This document shows positions 1-11,725 of a DNA stretch of 64,000 bases, piece after piece. Position 1 is the stretch's first letter, and each line of letters starts with the position of its first letter. Position numbers and translations under genes: made by a program. The DNA comes from Dudresnaya verticillata (taxonomy: Eukaryota): assembly GCA_977862235.1 (NCBI GenBank), contig OZ374561.1:1240001-1304000 (forward strand). Direction: 5' to 3'. The notes beneath the pieces were generated by a model. That model worked only from the letters and a program-made list of their open reading frames with translations. It was not told where the DNA came from and ran no database searches.

Positions 1-464
1 TGGGTTCCGCTCGTGATTCCTTGCAATGGCATCGGTAGCGATGATCCCATGCTGACTTGCGGGAGGATGACACCTTGTAAGCCTGCACCTGCAAACCCTG
101 GAGCTTTCATAGAACCAAGTCCGAGATAAGGAACGTTCTGCTGATGTGCGAACTGCGGAATGTTCTGCTGCTGCTGCGTGAACTGGGGAATGTTACCGTT
201 GACTTGATAGTGTGCAGTAGAGGGCCCTTGAACTTGCATACCTGGAACGTTCCCTGCGCTTGTTTGCATCGGAATGCCTTGCATCTGCGGAACGTGGACA
301 GCAGCGGTAGCGCGCAGCGGAAAAGCACTGCCAAGCGGAATCTGGGCACCGTATTGTGCCCCTTGAGCAACGGAAGCTGGAACATACTGTGGTATGCCCT
401 GAGGGTTAAGCGGTATGCCGGAGCCGGCATTGTGGTTGTGATTGAAAGGAAAGTTAGGTTGCAT
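1..464 (-). CDS. 5' part of a Q/P/G-rich low-complexity protein of unknown function (MQPNFPFNHNHNAGSGIPLNPQG...), running off the window start
   Basis: Not in the ORF track because it is open-ended. GCCACCATG start at 464 on the minus strand, then 154 codons without a stop to position 1. Its upstream block is shared with the MQP-starting ORF at 17791. Confidence 0.65.
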   Translation of the reverse strand, partial: MQPNFPFNHNHNAGSGIPLNPQGIPQYVPASVAQGAQYGAQIPLGSAFPLRATAAVHVPQMQGIPMQTSAGNVPGMQVQGPSTAHYQVNGNIPQFTQQQQNIPQFAHQQNVPYLGLGSMKAPGFAGAGLQGVILPQVSMGSSLPMPLQGITSGT

Positions 465-688
465 GGTGGCGAAGGGAGGAAAAGGGTGATCGATGGGTCA
501 GCGGGTCAGCGCGTTGACGGGGTGTGCACGCTCGGTGAGAGCGGTGGGCGGGTGGATGGAGGGCGCGCGATGGGAACCCAAGTGAGCGCGATGACGGGGT
601 GTGCGCGCTCGGGCGCGCTCGGTGAGAGTGGTGGCCAGGCTGATGGAGCGATGTGGCACAAGGGGCGGGTGGGTGCGCGGCGGGTGAG

Positions 689-1331
689 TGTAGTACAATG
701 GCCACGGGGCCAGGTAGAACGGAAACAAACAGGACACCTGTCCTACGGCCAAAACTAGCTTTGGTAGCTCGGGGGAGAAAGGGGGTTGGTAGATACTTGG
801 GGAAAAAGGCACAAAGCCTAAGAAAAAGGGAAAAAGGGAAGGGCGGCGCTACCCAACTCGCGCAGAGCTTCCGTCGTGCGGAGACAAGGCTCGTAGAGCG
901 CCTGAAAGGGGAAAAAGGTACGGTGAGTCCGTGAATTCCAGAAAAGGGCAAAAGACCCAAACCCACCGTAGGGTTCTATTCAGGAGGCCCCTGCTACTCA
1001 GGGGCCTATTAAGTATGGCAGAGCCGGAAATGCTCTTACCTCCTATGAGCGATTCTAGCTGCAATTATTAATCTAATAGTACTGTTGTCAGTTATAAATA
1101 CGGATTAGTGGTAGTACCGCGTCGGGCCGCGTGAGCGGCCACAATAAATTACCCAATGGCAATTCGCCATCAAATTTGGTGCCAGCAGGGACGCCAGCGG
1201 GGCGCATCTTCCTTACAGCGCACGGCGCTTGGGCGCGCCTTACAGTTTGATGCGAGTGGGCGTCTTACACCTTAATGCGCACACATGACTTACAGTGCGC
1301 CAGTACTTCTGTGGCGGCTCATTCTTCCACA
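689..1331 (-). mobile_element. Solo LTR, Gypsy-type (643 bp)
   Basis: TG...CA ends (TGTAGTACAATG / CATTCTTCCACA, imperfect inverted repeat) with perfect TSD GTGAG at 684-688 and 1332-1336. Purine-rich block and TTACAG motifs are arranged as in the LTR at 10105-10941. Strand is inferred from that resemblance. Confidence 0.7.
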
Positions 1332-1351
1332 GTGAGCCACTGCAAATAAGC

Positions 1352-1410
1352 CCGTCGACGGTCGACGGGGCCAGCTCGTCGACGATCGACGGGGCCTACC
1401 CGTCGACGGA
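1352..1410. repeat. Cluster of short palindromic GTCGAC / CGTCGACG motifs
   Basis: About five (G/A)TCGACG units within 60 bp. Confidence 0.6.
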
Positions 1411-1689
1411 TCAAACATGTTGATCCTGGATCCAAATTTTGGCGCGGCGGCAATGTCGGCGGCGGTCGGTCTTCATTACAGAGTCAGCTCGTCACGCGTT
1501 ACGCTGCGCCGCACGGTTCGAGTATACTCATCCCGGCTGTGTACACCCGCCACACCCGGCGCCGGGTGTGGTGTTGATTGAATATGGAGCGGCACCCTAT
1601 CTGCTATTGCCAAGTAAGAATTCGTGAGTCTAGAATGATGAGATTGGTGGGATGGTGAAGAACTCTACGGTTTCCTACAGCCAATCAGT

Positions 1690-1830
1690 GCGTGAGTATA
1701 TGTGCCGTGGAGCCCCGTGGCCCGGTAAATTGGTAAGTATACTCACCGTTTATTGGCTGAGTATAGTTGATTGACACCCGCCGCACCCTGGATCCACGGG
1801 CCAGGGCCCGGTAGAGGTGGGAAATTCTAT
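1690..1830 (-). repeat. Conserved block with repeated TATACTCA motifs, homologous to 17215-17370
   Basis: Reverse complement GGGTGCGGCGGGTGTCAATCAACTATACTCAGCCAAT matches GGGTGCGGCGGGTGTCAATCAAATTATACTCAGCCAAT at about 17263-17300. Confidence 0.75.
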
Positions 1831-2075
1831 CTATACTAAAAAATTGTATATATTTACTGAATAGCGAACCGGTAGAGATGCTCTTAGGAATAAGATCGCG
1901 ACTTCCAGCGAAACAAAAGTCGTTTTATTCTGAACTCTCAGTCAGAACATCCGCTGCAGCGGCAATACCTTGCTCATAGACTGGGCGGACAAAGGCGTTG
2001 TACACGAATTGGGCAGTATGTTTGTTTGATTGTGCGAAAGTTGTTCAACATAAATCGACTCGTGTATACCCTATA

Positions 2076-2123
2076 GGACCAGGTCTGGATACGGGGCGTA
2101 CGCCCCGTGTCCAGACCTAGTCC
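2076..2123. repeat. Near-perfect palindrome; possible Helitron 3' end
   Basis: 2081-2118 AGGTCTGGATACGGGGCGT|ACGCCCCGTGTCCAGACCT, 18 of 19 pairs. The 18-bp core palindrome (2091-2108) is followed 8 bp later by CTAG (2117-2120) and then T. Confidence 0.6.
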
Positions 2124-4636
2124 ACAACATTAGATTGCGGGAACCAATTTGGACCATTGCGACAAAGTCGGAGTCGGGAGGCGGGATTGAGAAAGCCTAA
2201 CAATGCCAGACGTCGAGTATGGTTAGGTGAGCTGTAATGCCAGTGAAAATCGGTCTGATACCGTAACAGGGGCCTGCAGCCTACTCGCCTCCTTTGAAGA
2301 GCCGCTCTACAATCTTTTACAGTAGTCGTATATCTCGCAACTATACTGGTAGATCGAGTTGAAGGAACGCCATTACTATCGAATGTGTCCCGCTGTTCTC
2401 TAGAGTTGAGTTGTCGCGAAAAGATGCAGCGCTGAAGCTTCATCTGTCTGAGTGCAGTGTGTCACGCAATTGTGCTCCTATGGAATGAATGGTAAAGGCC
2501 ATGCACCATTCGTAATGTGTGTTAACAACGTGTGTTTCTAAAAGGACGGGTTACGAAGCGCGCGCCCCTCTCTCCATTTATTCCTCCCTCTTCTTTTCAG
2601 TCCCTGCACAAAATTGCCCGAGCGAGGTGAGAGGCCCGCGTGCTGTGCTGTCACCTTGCGGATTAGCCTATCGGCACCACTGAAAGCTCCGAAACCGGTC
2701 ACCAAAAAGTTGGGCCCGGCTCTCATAAAGAGTATTGGCTTTGCTAAGAAAACCAATAATGCCAACTGGTTCATTTCTGTGTCACAGCGTAAGCTGGGAA
2801 TTCCCTCAACGCTAGAGCCTGGGACAAGTAACGGATATAGCCATCTCTATAGAGAGCCTCCCGACAAATTCGTAGCGGGCGGCGTGTCAGCGTCCATACG
2901 AAGGGCCGTTTCGGCCAAGCGCAACGCGCCCCCGAGGGCGTTCGTAGGGTGCCTTTCTAGCGCCAACGGCGCTTTCGCCCGCCCCAGGCGATATTTACCC
3001 GTCACTGCATGCGGCCTCGAATCCAATCTTCCAGAGTGACTAATCCGGTTCAGCGTCCAAGCTACGACGGCTTGGTTTTGAGCTTTTCTGAGTCACTCAT
3101 TGCTGCTTAAAACTAATGGTGGGGTAACTTTGAGTGCGGAAGCACTTAAAAACAACGCAACGGTCTGAACACTTCTCGGCCTCATAATCTGTGTGCGAAA
3201 CGGAAACAACTTGTTTTGTGAATGTGTTTGACGTTCTTTAATCATCATAGGGTTGCTAGCTGTCTTTATTTACTACGAAACTACTAGTCTCACATACTAG
3301 ACTACACCTCTCCCCCGCCGACACTTTTACACCCCTTGGGATCAGAATAGAGTGCATCGAGAGGCTCCTATGGGTACTACCGCCTAAATGATTCCTTGCA
3401 GTGCTAGCCCACAAATATGCCTCTCCCAGAGTGCGCCTGCTAATGCACCAAAGTCGTCGGCGTAGGACCACCGTAAACAATCAATAAAAAGGAAATCATC
3501 ACTATCGACATGCTTCTTTCTGTGCTACTGGCGCTTCTGTTCAGGAAGCTGAGCTGCCTAGAGGAGTCTACTATGATGCTCTTACGGCCTGTGTAGGGAT
3601 TTATTTCTTTGCCACAGGTGTTGATACGTTTAGTGCTAGTGAGAGCTCCCGGCCCTGATCCCAACGAGGCACTATGGTAAATTGCTCGCTTCGCAGCTGA
3701 GTGCCTATCAACCCAGCGGATGAAACTCGAGTACTTACTGCAAGGGTTATATCTCAGTTGATTCGATATTCATCCTTACCAACTTGTCGCCGTCGTCTCG
3801 CGATCTCTCTCGGCCCTCTAGATTTAAGGGAGATCTAGCGCCTCTATTTCTCTTCTGAACATAGCTCCCCATCTCTCTAAGCTCTTCATATACCACCGTA
3901 GATTTCATTTTCCGTGGGTATCTTTTTGTGCTTTGCGTGGTACTGTGGTGGTTTTAACAGACTTTGGCAAACGCCCGCTTTCATTGAATGTTTCCATCCA
4001 GGTGATAAGTTCACTTTGTTTAACTCTAGGCCTACTTAATGCGCCTGGCCTGATGCTTGCTTCCGTACCAATCCGTTGCAATTTGAAGAGGTAGCTCCAT
4101 AAAAATAGCCTGTACGATTCCCCGTAGTTCATCAAGCCCATAAGCCAAAATATTTGCGTGCGAAACACATGATTGAAGCGTGAAGTGGCTGCGAAGCAAT
4201 TTTGGAACCTATTTCGGTGGGTATGATGTTGAATGTTTGCTTTCCGAACCCATTTAGGCGGAAGAGAGAGCGATGACCAAACAAAAATCGTGCAAACGCC
4301 AGTGTCCACTGACAGCGCATTGACCACTGAATTTCGAAGGAATGGGCCCATTCGTCGCACACAGCGAGGGAAAGCCGGAGCTCATGTGGATACCTGTGCT
4401 GCGCTTCTCTAAACTCGTCAAACGCGACCAGCCTGGGCGTTCGCGGCGCATATTTGACAGAGTGGAACACTGAAGCTAAGCGATCATGTGTGCCTATCTG
4501 TCGGAATGCTTTATTGGTTATTGAGGATGGTCTTAAGCGGGCAGCAACGGCACGTATATAAGTACACGGTGCGTAGACTACGTCTGCCTCTTTCGTTGCT
4601 TCATCTCCTTTGCTGCCCGTTAGTTCTCAACGGAAA

Positions 4637-4716
4637 GACATATATGTGTATCCCGTGATAGCCCATGGGCTTCACAGATATATATGTGTATCCCCATGAT
4701 AGCTCATGGGCTTCAC
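4637..4716. repeat. Tandem duplication, 2 x ~40 bp
   Basis: GA(C/T)ATATATGTGTATCCC..TGATAGC(C/T)CATGGGCTTCAC occurs twice. Confidence 0.8.
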
Positions 4717-5580
4717 CTGAGCTTCGGGTGTGGCCATGTTCTACAATTCTAGGAAAGCCGTGCCAGCTGAGCTCCACTGCACCAGGTGTGTGTACCACCC
4801 TCATCTTGATTTGAGGCACTTTCCTCTTTCGATGCCAACATCACTGCAGCAGCTGCTGTAGTGATTTTGTGCTAGCACAACTCCATGGGCCCATTGCTAC
4901 CGTCGCGGGTGATTTGGTATGCGCTTGCAGATCCTTCGAGGGATCAGATCTGAAGATTACGGCCGCAGCTACATTGGTGAGAATGCGACTGCAGTTATAG
5001 TTGTCAGATTTGACCAATGCGCAGTACATACGCGCATAAGCATGGTTGGATCCGCTATGATTGCAGAGCTGTGAAGCACGTGCTTTTGTGGAGATTGTTG
5101 CAGGCAATGGTAAGTCTTCATCGTGACTCTAGAGCAGCTGCTCACTTAAGTGAGTGTACTCATGCGCTATAGCGCACTTGCGTTTTGTGTACGACACACA
5201 GACCGGTTCCGCATTAAATCAAAAAGGACAAGATGGTGAGTTTCATTGGTGCGCTCCTGTAGTGCGACGCCATGCCCGAGCTATGCTCTACGTCGGAGTG
5301 TGGCCCCAATCAGCGATGATTTAGACGCCATCGCTGGTCAGGAACCGGTATCTATTTAGGAATTGGGCTCTGGTCGAGATCCCAGAGTTGTGCAGACTTT
5401 CATTCAACGCAATAACGCCAATTCCTCAAGCCTGCAGTTTTCCTGCATTTGTAAATCTCTCATTTCCTCCGCACTGCACTGCCGTTACCATTGCCGCCCG
5501 CACCTCAAAAAGTCCAACTGCAAAGCAAAGAATGAAGGTTGAATCGAGGACCGCCAAAACCACTTGCTAAAAGTTTACCA

Positions 5581-5930
5581 TCACTTGCTATAGCTGCATA
5601 TGCATATGCATGTATGTGTACTATACCGGTTTTGTCCTTCTGTCCTGTGCAGTAGCAGCACTTAGTTGCTCTCGTAGAATAATTCTTGACCGACCTGCTG
5701 GAAGAAAGACACAGTAGACTTCCGTTCCGATGTGTCGATGCCCCTTTACTATTCTAACCAGGGGGCTATTTATACTTATTCAATACTGCCTTTGCAGCAC
5801 GCTGGCCGTGTTCCATAGTACTACTCACCATGATATGTTCTCACCCTGACATGTGAGCCCAATTTTTCTTTGACCGTTAACCTCAATTTGGCCAGTTGAC
5901 TCACCTGCATTCATAAGTAGTTAGTAGTGA
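5581..5930 (-). repeat. Putative 3' LTR of Gypsy-1
   Basis: On the minus strand a purine tract GGGGGAAA (5931-5938) lies about 60 bp after the pol stop, followed by a segment with TATAAATAG (5765-5773) bounded by TCACT...AGTGA. There are no canonical TG/CA ends and no second copy in the window. Confidence 0.4.
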
Positions 5931-5998
5931 TTTCCCCCAACCATGATCCCTCATCAGCCCCGAACCGTTTCTAACACTCAGCCTTGCTCCCAGAACCC

Positions 5999-8900
5999 TT
6001 ATCTCTTCGCTATTGCGTCGAACTCTGCTACAATCAACTCTGGAAGGTTTTGCTCAAGAACCCATTCTGGCTTGTGTGTGAGGGCACCGAATACCTTGAA
6101 CCAACGTTTTCCCTCCCGCACCTTGACCCCCGGCATCTGTCTAATAATCCTTCTTGTGTCCGGGAATACTCCGTCCAGTGGCTCTTCCGTCTCCACAACG
6201 TCATGTTCAATGCGCCTCAGCCTATTAACGTGCACACGAGCTACCTCAGTTCCCACTTCTGCACGAACAATGTAAGATATTTTTGTAAGAGCTTCTTCGG
6301 TCGTGTAGGGACCCATCCATGCCGTAGAAAAGTTTCGTCCTTTCTCCATTAAATTCCTCGGATTGTAAATAAGGACCCGTTCTCCTGGATTGTAGCTCAC
6401 CTCTTCTACAAGCTTATTGTACTGTTTCGCCGCGGCCATCCTTGCACCAAGCATCTTCTGCAATAGCTTCCGGTGCTGTTCCTTCAATTTTTCAGCTAGC
6501 TCTGTACTGGCCTGTGGTTCTTGGTCCAATGCCATCTTTCGCCCAGGTTCGGCATCGAAATCGAATACATGAACTCCAAAGACGGCCTTATACGGTGTGG
6601 TACCAGTCGCAGAGTTAGTAGTGCAATTATACCAAAAACAGGCCATTGCTAAGTGCTCAGCCCAATCCTTCTCATCAGCGGATAGACAGGTCCGAATGTC
6701 CTTCATTAATGTTCGGTTGAAGCGCTCCACGAATCCGTCCGGCTGCGGATGGTATGGATTGGTGAATATCTTCTTTGTGCCGAATAGGGAGCATAGCTGG
6801 GCCACCAATTTGCTCATGAAGGCTTTCCCTCGGTCACTAAAAAGCTTCTCCGGGGGTCCAAATCGGATAATCCATTCATCCAAGATTACCTTGGCTACCG
6901 ACTCTGCGGTTTCATCCTTCACAGCGCATGCCCACACATATCTTGTAAATAAATCCCCCATGACCGCCACCTTCCCCCCATGACTCCTTGACTTGCTTGA
7001 AACCTCTAGAATGTCAATTGCGAGTACCTGAAACCGTCGGAGGGGGTGCAATGTTAACAATTTTCCCTGTCTTCCGGGCCTCACCAATCTATGCAAAGTG
7101 CAGTGCACACACTTTCTAATTCGGTTAGAGACATCATTGCGCATTCCTTTCCACCAAAATCTTCGTCTAAGCCACTTCAGAGTTTTCCATACTCCTGGAT
7201 GCCCATTTGCCTTGGAACCATGTGCATGTTTTAGCACTCTGTCTACCAATAATCTTGGCACACAAATACCCATTTCTTCTCCCTTGACTCTACAAAGAAG
7301 ACCATCTTCATCTATAAAGGGCTCCTCGTTTCCGTCTTCGTAGTTCTCAAGCTTCCCATATTTTTCGAGCTGTTCTTTCGATATTTCCGCAACTCCTGGA
7401 AGCGACCGGTCCTTTTCAGTCACAAATCGAATTTCTTCGTTGCACTTTGGGCATCTTGGGGTGCTAAAGGAGTCTCTGCTCAGTGTGTCGGCTACACTGA
7501 TTACTTCTCCAGGTGCGTATTGCACCTCGAAGTCGTAGTCTTGTACTTCTGCCATCCACCGTGCCAGTCTTTCTCTTGGATCCCTAAGAGACATAAGCCA
7601 TTTCAGGGCCTCGTGGTCCGTGATGGCTGTAAAGGTCGGACCGCCATGGAGATAGTGCCTCCACTTCTTTAGCGCATGCACAATGGCTAGGCACTCTTTT
7701 TCTGTCACTGTGTACCTTACCTCAGCTCCCTTTAGCTTGCGGGAAGTAAATGCCACCGGTCTACACAATCCATCGGCATCCATCTGAATCAAAACACCCC
7801 CAATATTGTAGTTAATCGCATCTGTCATGACCACCTTCCTCCTAGAGATATCCGGCGACACGAGAAACGCAGGGCTGGCTAACTCATTTTTTAGGTCATT
7901 CCATGCATCCTTTTGTGCCTTCCCCCATCGCTGTGTCCAGTCCGGCACTTGCCAAACCATTGCTCGACGTTTCTTCTTTTTGTTAAAAACCGTATCTGCC
8001 AGCACATCATACAACGGTTTCGCCCTTTCCGCAAAGTATGGAACAAAAACCTCGAAGTAGTTCACTAATCCTAGGAACCGGAGTAGCTCTGTGACATTAG
8101 TAGGCTCCCTCAGGTTCTTGATTGATTCGATATGCCCCTTTGAAGGCTTCAATCCTTTAGGGGAGACTCTGTGGGCCAACATCTCCACCGTCCGGACCCC
8201 GAAGCTGCATTTGCTTAACTTGAGGCGCATTCCAGCGTTCAGCATGCAAGTTAGAATCTCATCCAGCTCGGCAATGTGCGACTCTTCATCTTCAGCACCA
8301 ATACTGCCATCATCCATAAAGGACCATACGCTTCTGTCCTTGAACGGTGCCAGTACCATATTGACTATCCTCTGGAAAGCACTGGGACTATTGTTAAGTC
8401 CTTGTGCTAGCCGGACTACTGCAGTAGCCCCACCACGGTTCGAGCAGCGGTGCACTCTCGGCTGGCTTCATACATCTCTACTTGAAAATAGCTGTCTTTT
8501 AGGTCAAAACTGGAGAACACTTTCTTGCTACCTAACCAGTCCAACGTTTCCTTGACCCCTTTCATGGGATACTGGTCCGTGACGGTACGAGAGTTTAGGA
8601 CTCTGAAGTCTGAAGTGCACCGCAATGTCCCATCCTTCTTTGGCACAAGCACATTGTTTGCAGCCCACGGGGACTCGGAGTGCTCGACAATTCTCTCCTT
8701 CAGTAGCTTATTCATAGTTCTCCGCTCTACCTCTTGCTCTGCTGGGAACCGCCGTCTTATTGGGCAGCATACGGCTCGGAAGCCAGCTTCAATCGTATCT
8801 TGTGCTTGTAGCCCTTTATATTACCTACCCCTTTGAAGATAGCTCGATGCTTCCAAAGGACATCCCTCAGTCGTTCCTGCACCTTCCGGCTTGGATGAAA

Positions 8901-9497
8901 CTCTTGCAAGTCCATATTTTACAGTACCTCATCTACTTCGGCATCTTCAATAACTCGCCGTATTTCCTCCCCTTGGACATCTCTGAGTTTCAGCTGGCCC
9001 ACGAACATTCGCCGCTGCACAGTCAAGGAGCCCTTCAGGCGGTCCATGTCTAACGTAACTCCATATCTGAGACAAAACTTCCTTCCAAGCAGAACCCCAC
9101 TTGGCAGGTTCTCCATCATGTGAACAGGCTGACGGTACATCCTGCATCCCCATATTCTGATGTCTACATAGCCACGCCCTGCTACAGACAGTTCACGCCC
9201 GCCAACATCACATGCACTCCGGTTGTCTTCCGCCAACTCTCCACCAAGTTCTGTAAACACCTTCCTGTCCATCCAGAGCGAGAATGCCCCAGTATCCACG
9301 ATACTGGGTACGAACTGAAAGGGCGCCCTGCTGTTGCTGCCGCTAGCTCTGAACTCAGTTTCCACAGTAATGTCTGCTTCCTCTACCTTTCCTTCATCAC
9401 CTTCTAATTCACCTACAACCTTCTCCACTCCCTCGGAACATCCGTACGCCTTACCCTCTTGCTTATTATTGGCTGTGCAACTATGTTCCCTGTTCAT
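5999..9497 (-). pseudogene. pol: Gypsy pol: protease, RT, RNase H, integrase, C-terminal chromodomain-like segment; frameshifted
   Basis: IVDTGA protease (8919-9497). RT motifs SPWAA..VPKKDGTLRC..DFR.LN (8416-8715) and GLNNSPSAFQ...FMDD. RNase H TDA...YTVTEKECLAIV...TDH. Integrase H..H...CVHC, SDRG, ERFNRT. Tail EGKRWFKV...PEWVLEQNLPE. Split over at least three frames. Confidence 0.92.
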
Positions 9498-9514
9498 AAG
9501 TTTCGGACCGCGAG

Positions 9515-10104
9515 CTAACCCTGTTGAGGCTGCGGGTCTCTCCCCAGTCCTTCCCCCTCCTTCCCCTTTTCAGAACATTTTTCCTTCCACCAAGATACAT
9601 GGCCATACTTTCGACAGCGATAGCACTTCATATGTTTGAAGCGATCTTGGTTGTCCATGCCCCTTGATTCGCTGCAGGACGGTTCTTCTTTCTCTCGAGA
9701 ATCTCGAACCCCCTCCGAGCGCCTCTGACTTTCCGCAACGTTCTGCATCGCAGAGACCAGCTCGTTAAAACCGCCCTTAACGGTATAGGCGTACGCACGT
9801 AGGTGCAATGGAAGGCCTTTGATAAACGTGGCCTGTACTAGGTCAGCATCCAGACCTAGTGCGCTTCCTAAGACGCATATGCGTTCCCCATATTTTGTAA
9901 CCGTCTCTTTCTTTTCTTCCCATTTTCACTCAAGGAAGTGCGCATTTTGCGCCTTTCTCTGAGTCTCGTTAAAGCTTCTTCTAATTGCCCCGCAGCCCCT
10001 AGTAGTGACATGACTGTATTCTCTGCACAAATGGTTCGCTACCTTCTGCGCAGCTTTTTCGAATGCGAGCATACTCATTTCCCGTTCAATGTCGTCAGGT
10101 AAAG
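9515..10104 (-). pseudogene. gag: Gypsy gag C-terminal part with degenerate zinc knuckle
   Basis: CYRCRKYGH (CX2CX4H) immediately upstream of the protease ORF, with ATFIKGLPLHLRAY upstream in frame. Confidence 0.75.
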
Positions 10105-10941
10105 TGTGGCATAGACGTCAGGTCGAACTGACGTCTAGCGCGGCTGGTCTCGTAGTCGCACCCAGACCCGTCGAAGGGTGGTAGCGGTGGTGGTAGGACG
10201 GTGGTGTCGGCCGCGCGCACCGTCGACGGTCGCGGATCAACGGCGTCGAAGCCTGAGCGCGCACGGGGAGTACCGTACGCGGGCGGCAGCGGCCGGATCC
10301 CTGCGTCCCTGTCGTGGGACGGCACGAAGCCGACGGTAGGGAAAGGAAAAGGAAAGCCTAGGCGGCTAAGGAAAGAGGAAGCCGTAGGGCGAAAGGACTG
10401 GGAAAGAAACCCAAAGCAGAAAGGGGTAAGCCTGGCGTAGGCTGGGTTGCCTTGTTTACTCGAGCCCAGAGGGGCGACTACTAAATATACTACAGGGCCT
10501 GCGGTGGCACCAACCCGGGAGGTGCGCCGGCGCGCCCCGACACGCGTCGACGCGTACGGGTAACGGTAACCCGGGCGCGCGCGTGGGCAGAACGGTCCAC
10601 ACGTACTCAACGGCTCGACGCCGGAGTACGTGCGCGCGGGTCACGCACTCAACGGCTCTAGACCGGAGTGCGAGCGCACGGCGCGCGGGACAGCAGGGCA
10701 TTCGAGCGCCGCTTACACTAGATAGTGCTGTAAACTACACAAAAATAAACCTAGAAATTACATGGAAGTTTCAGTGTCACACGCGTACACGTGCACGCGC
10801 GGGCGCCACAGCGCACTTCCTTACAGTTCAGCGGGGCTTCGGCGCCACCGGCTGACAGCGTGCGCACAGCGGTGCACACGTGGCGCAGCTGGTCTTACAG
10901 CTGCGCGTGCGTGGCACAGCCGGTCTTACAGATATGCCACA
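10105..10941 (-). repeat. 3' LTR of Gypsy-2 (837 bp)
   Basis: 9-bp terminal inverted repeat TGTGGCATA...TATGCCACA. PPT AGGGGGGG (minus strand, 10945-10952) lies 3 nt before it. Clear similarity to the solo LTR at 15151. Confidence 0.85.
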
Positions 10942-11189
10942 CAACCCCCCCTCAAGCGCGAACGCCTCGGTCGCGACCGTTACAGCGCACGCTCAGAGGT
11001 GGCTAAAGCGGCAGCGGGGTTTCCCGGGCTCCTGTCGGGGACGGGCATCGATGCCCGTGAGGGACCCGTGGTGAGAAATACGACCTTCGACGGTCGATAC
11101 CGGGCCTTCGACGGCCCAGTCACTTGATCTCGACGCTGTGCCCTGTGCTTTTACACGCGTGCGCGCGAGGAGCAAGCCGTAGGGCGGCC

Positions 11190-11725
11190 GCGACGCTAGA
11201 TGCGCACGTAGCCCCACAGCAAACGTACGGCAAGTAGATTTGCGCGTGCGCCAGAACACCCGGCGCGCTCTGCGCGTGCGGAAGTGTATGCGCGGCGGCC
11301 TACGCACGCGCAATACAATCGGCGGGCGCGGCGCTAGACGCGCACGTGCCCTGTAAACCGCGGCGCTCTCTGCGCGCACGGTACTGTATGCGCGGCGGTC
11401 GACGCACGCGTAATACAGTGGGCGGGGACGGCGCTAGACGCGCACGTGCCCTGTAAACCGTGGCGCTCTCTGCGCACACGGTACGGTATGCCTGCTAATG
11501 GGTCTTAGTTGCCCGTGCGGGACCACTCTAAACAATTAGTAAATGTTTACCATCACGGTACTACGTGCGCGGCGGTCAGTACGCACAATACAGTGGGACG
11601 GCACGGCGCTAGACGCGCACGTGCCCTGTAAACCGCGGCGCTCTCTGCGCGCACGGTACTGTATGCGCGGCGATCGACGCACGCGCAATACATTGTGGGG
11701 GCACGGCGCTTAGACGCGCGAGCCC
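11190..11725. repeat. ~100-bp GC-rich tandem repeats in the Gypsy-2 3' region
   Basis: CGGCGCTAGACGCGCACGTGCCCTGTAAACCG(C/T)GGCGCTCTCTGCGC recurs at about 11329, 11429 and 11604, with degenerate copies at about 11190 and 11704. Confidence 0.85.

Larger units (their letters stand above)
5581..10104 (-). mobile_element. Ty3/Gypsy LTR retrotransposon 'Gypsy-1', degenerate, 5' part cut by the Gypsy-2 insertion
   Basis: Domain order gag-PR-RT-RNaseH-IN-(chromodomain-like). The gag sequence stops at the LTR beginning at 10105. Confidence 0.9.

Noticed and set aside
3256..4470. Possible decayed coding sequence on the minus strand
   Set aside because: Some protein-like stretches, but many stops and no motif I can identify. 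It needs a translated search.
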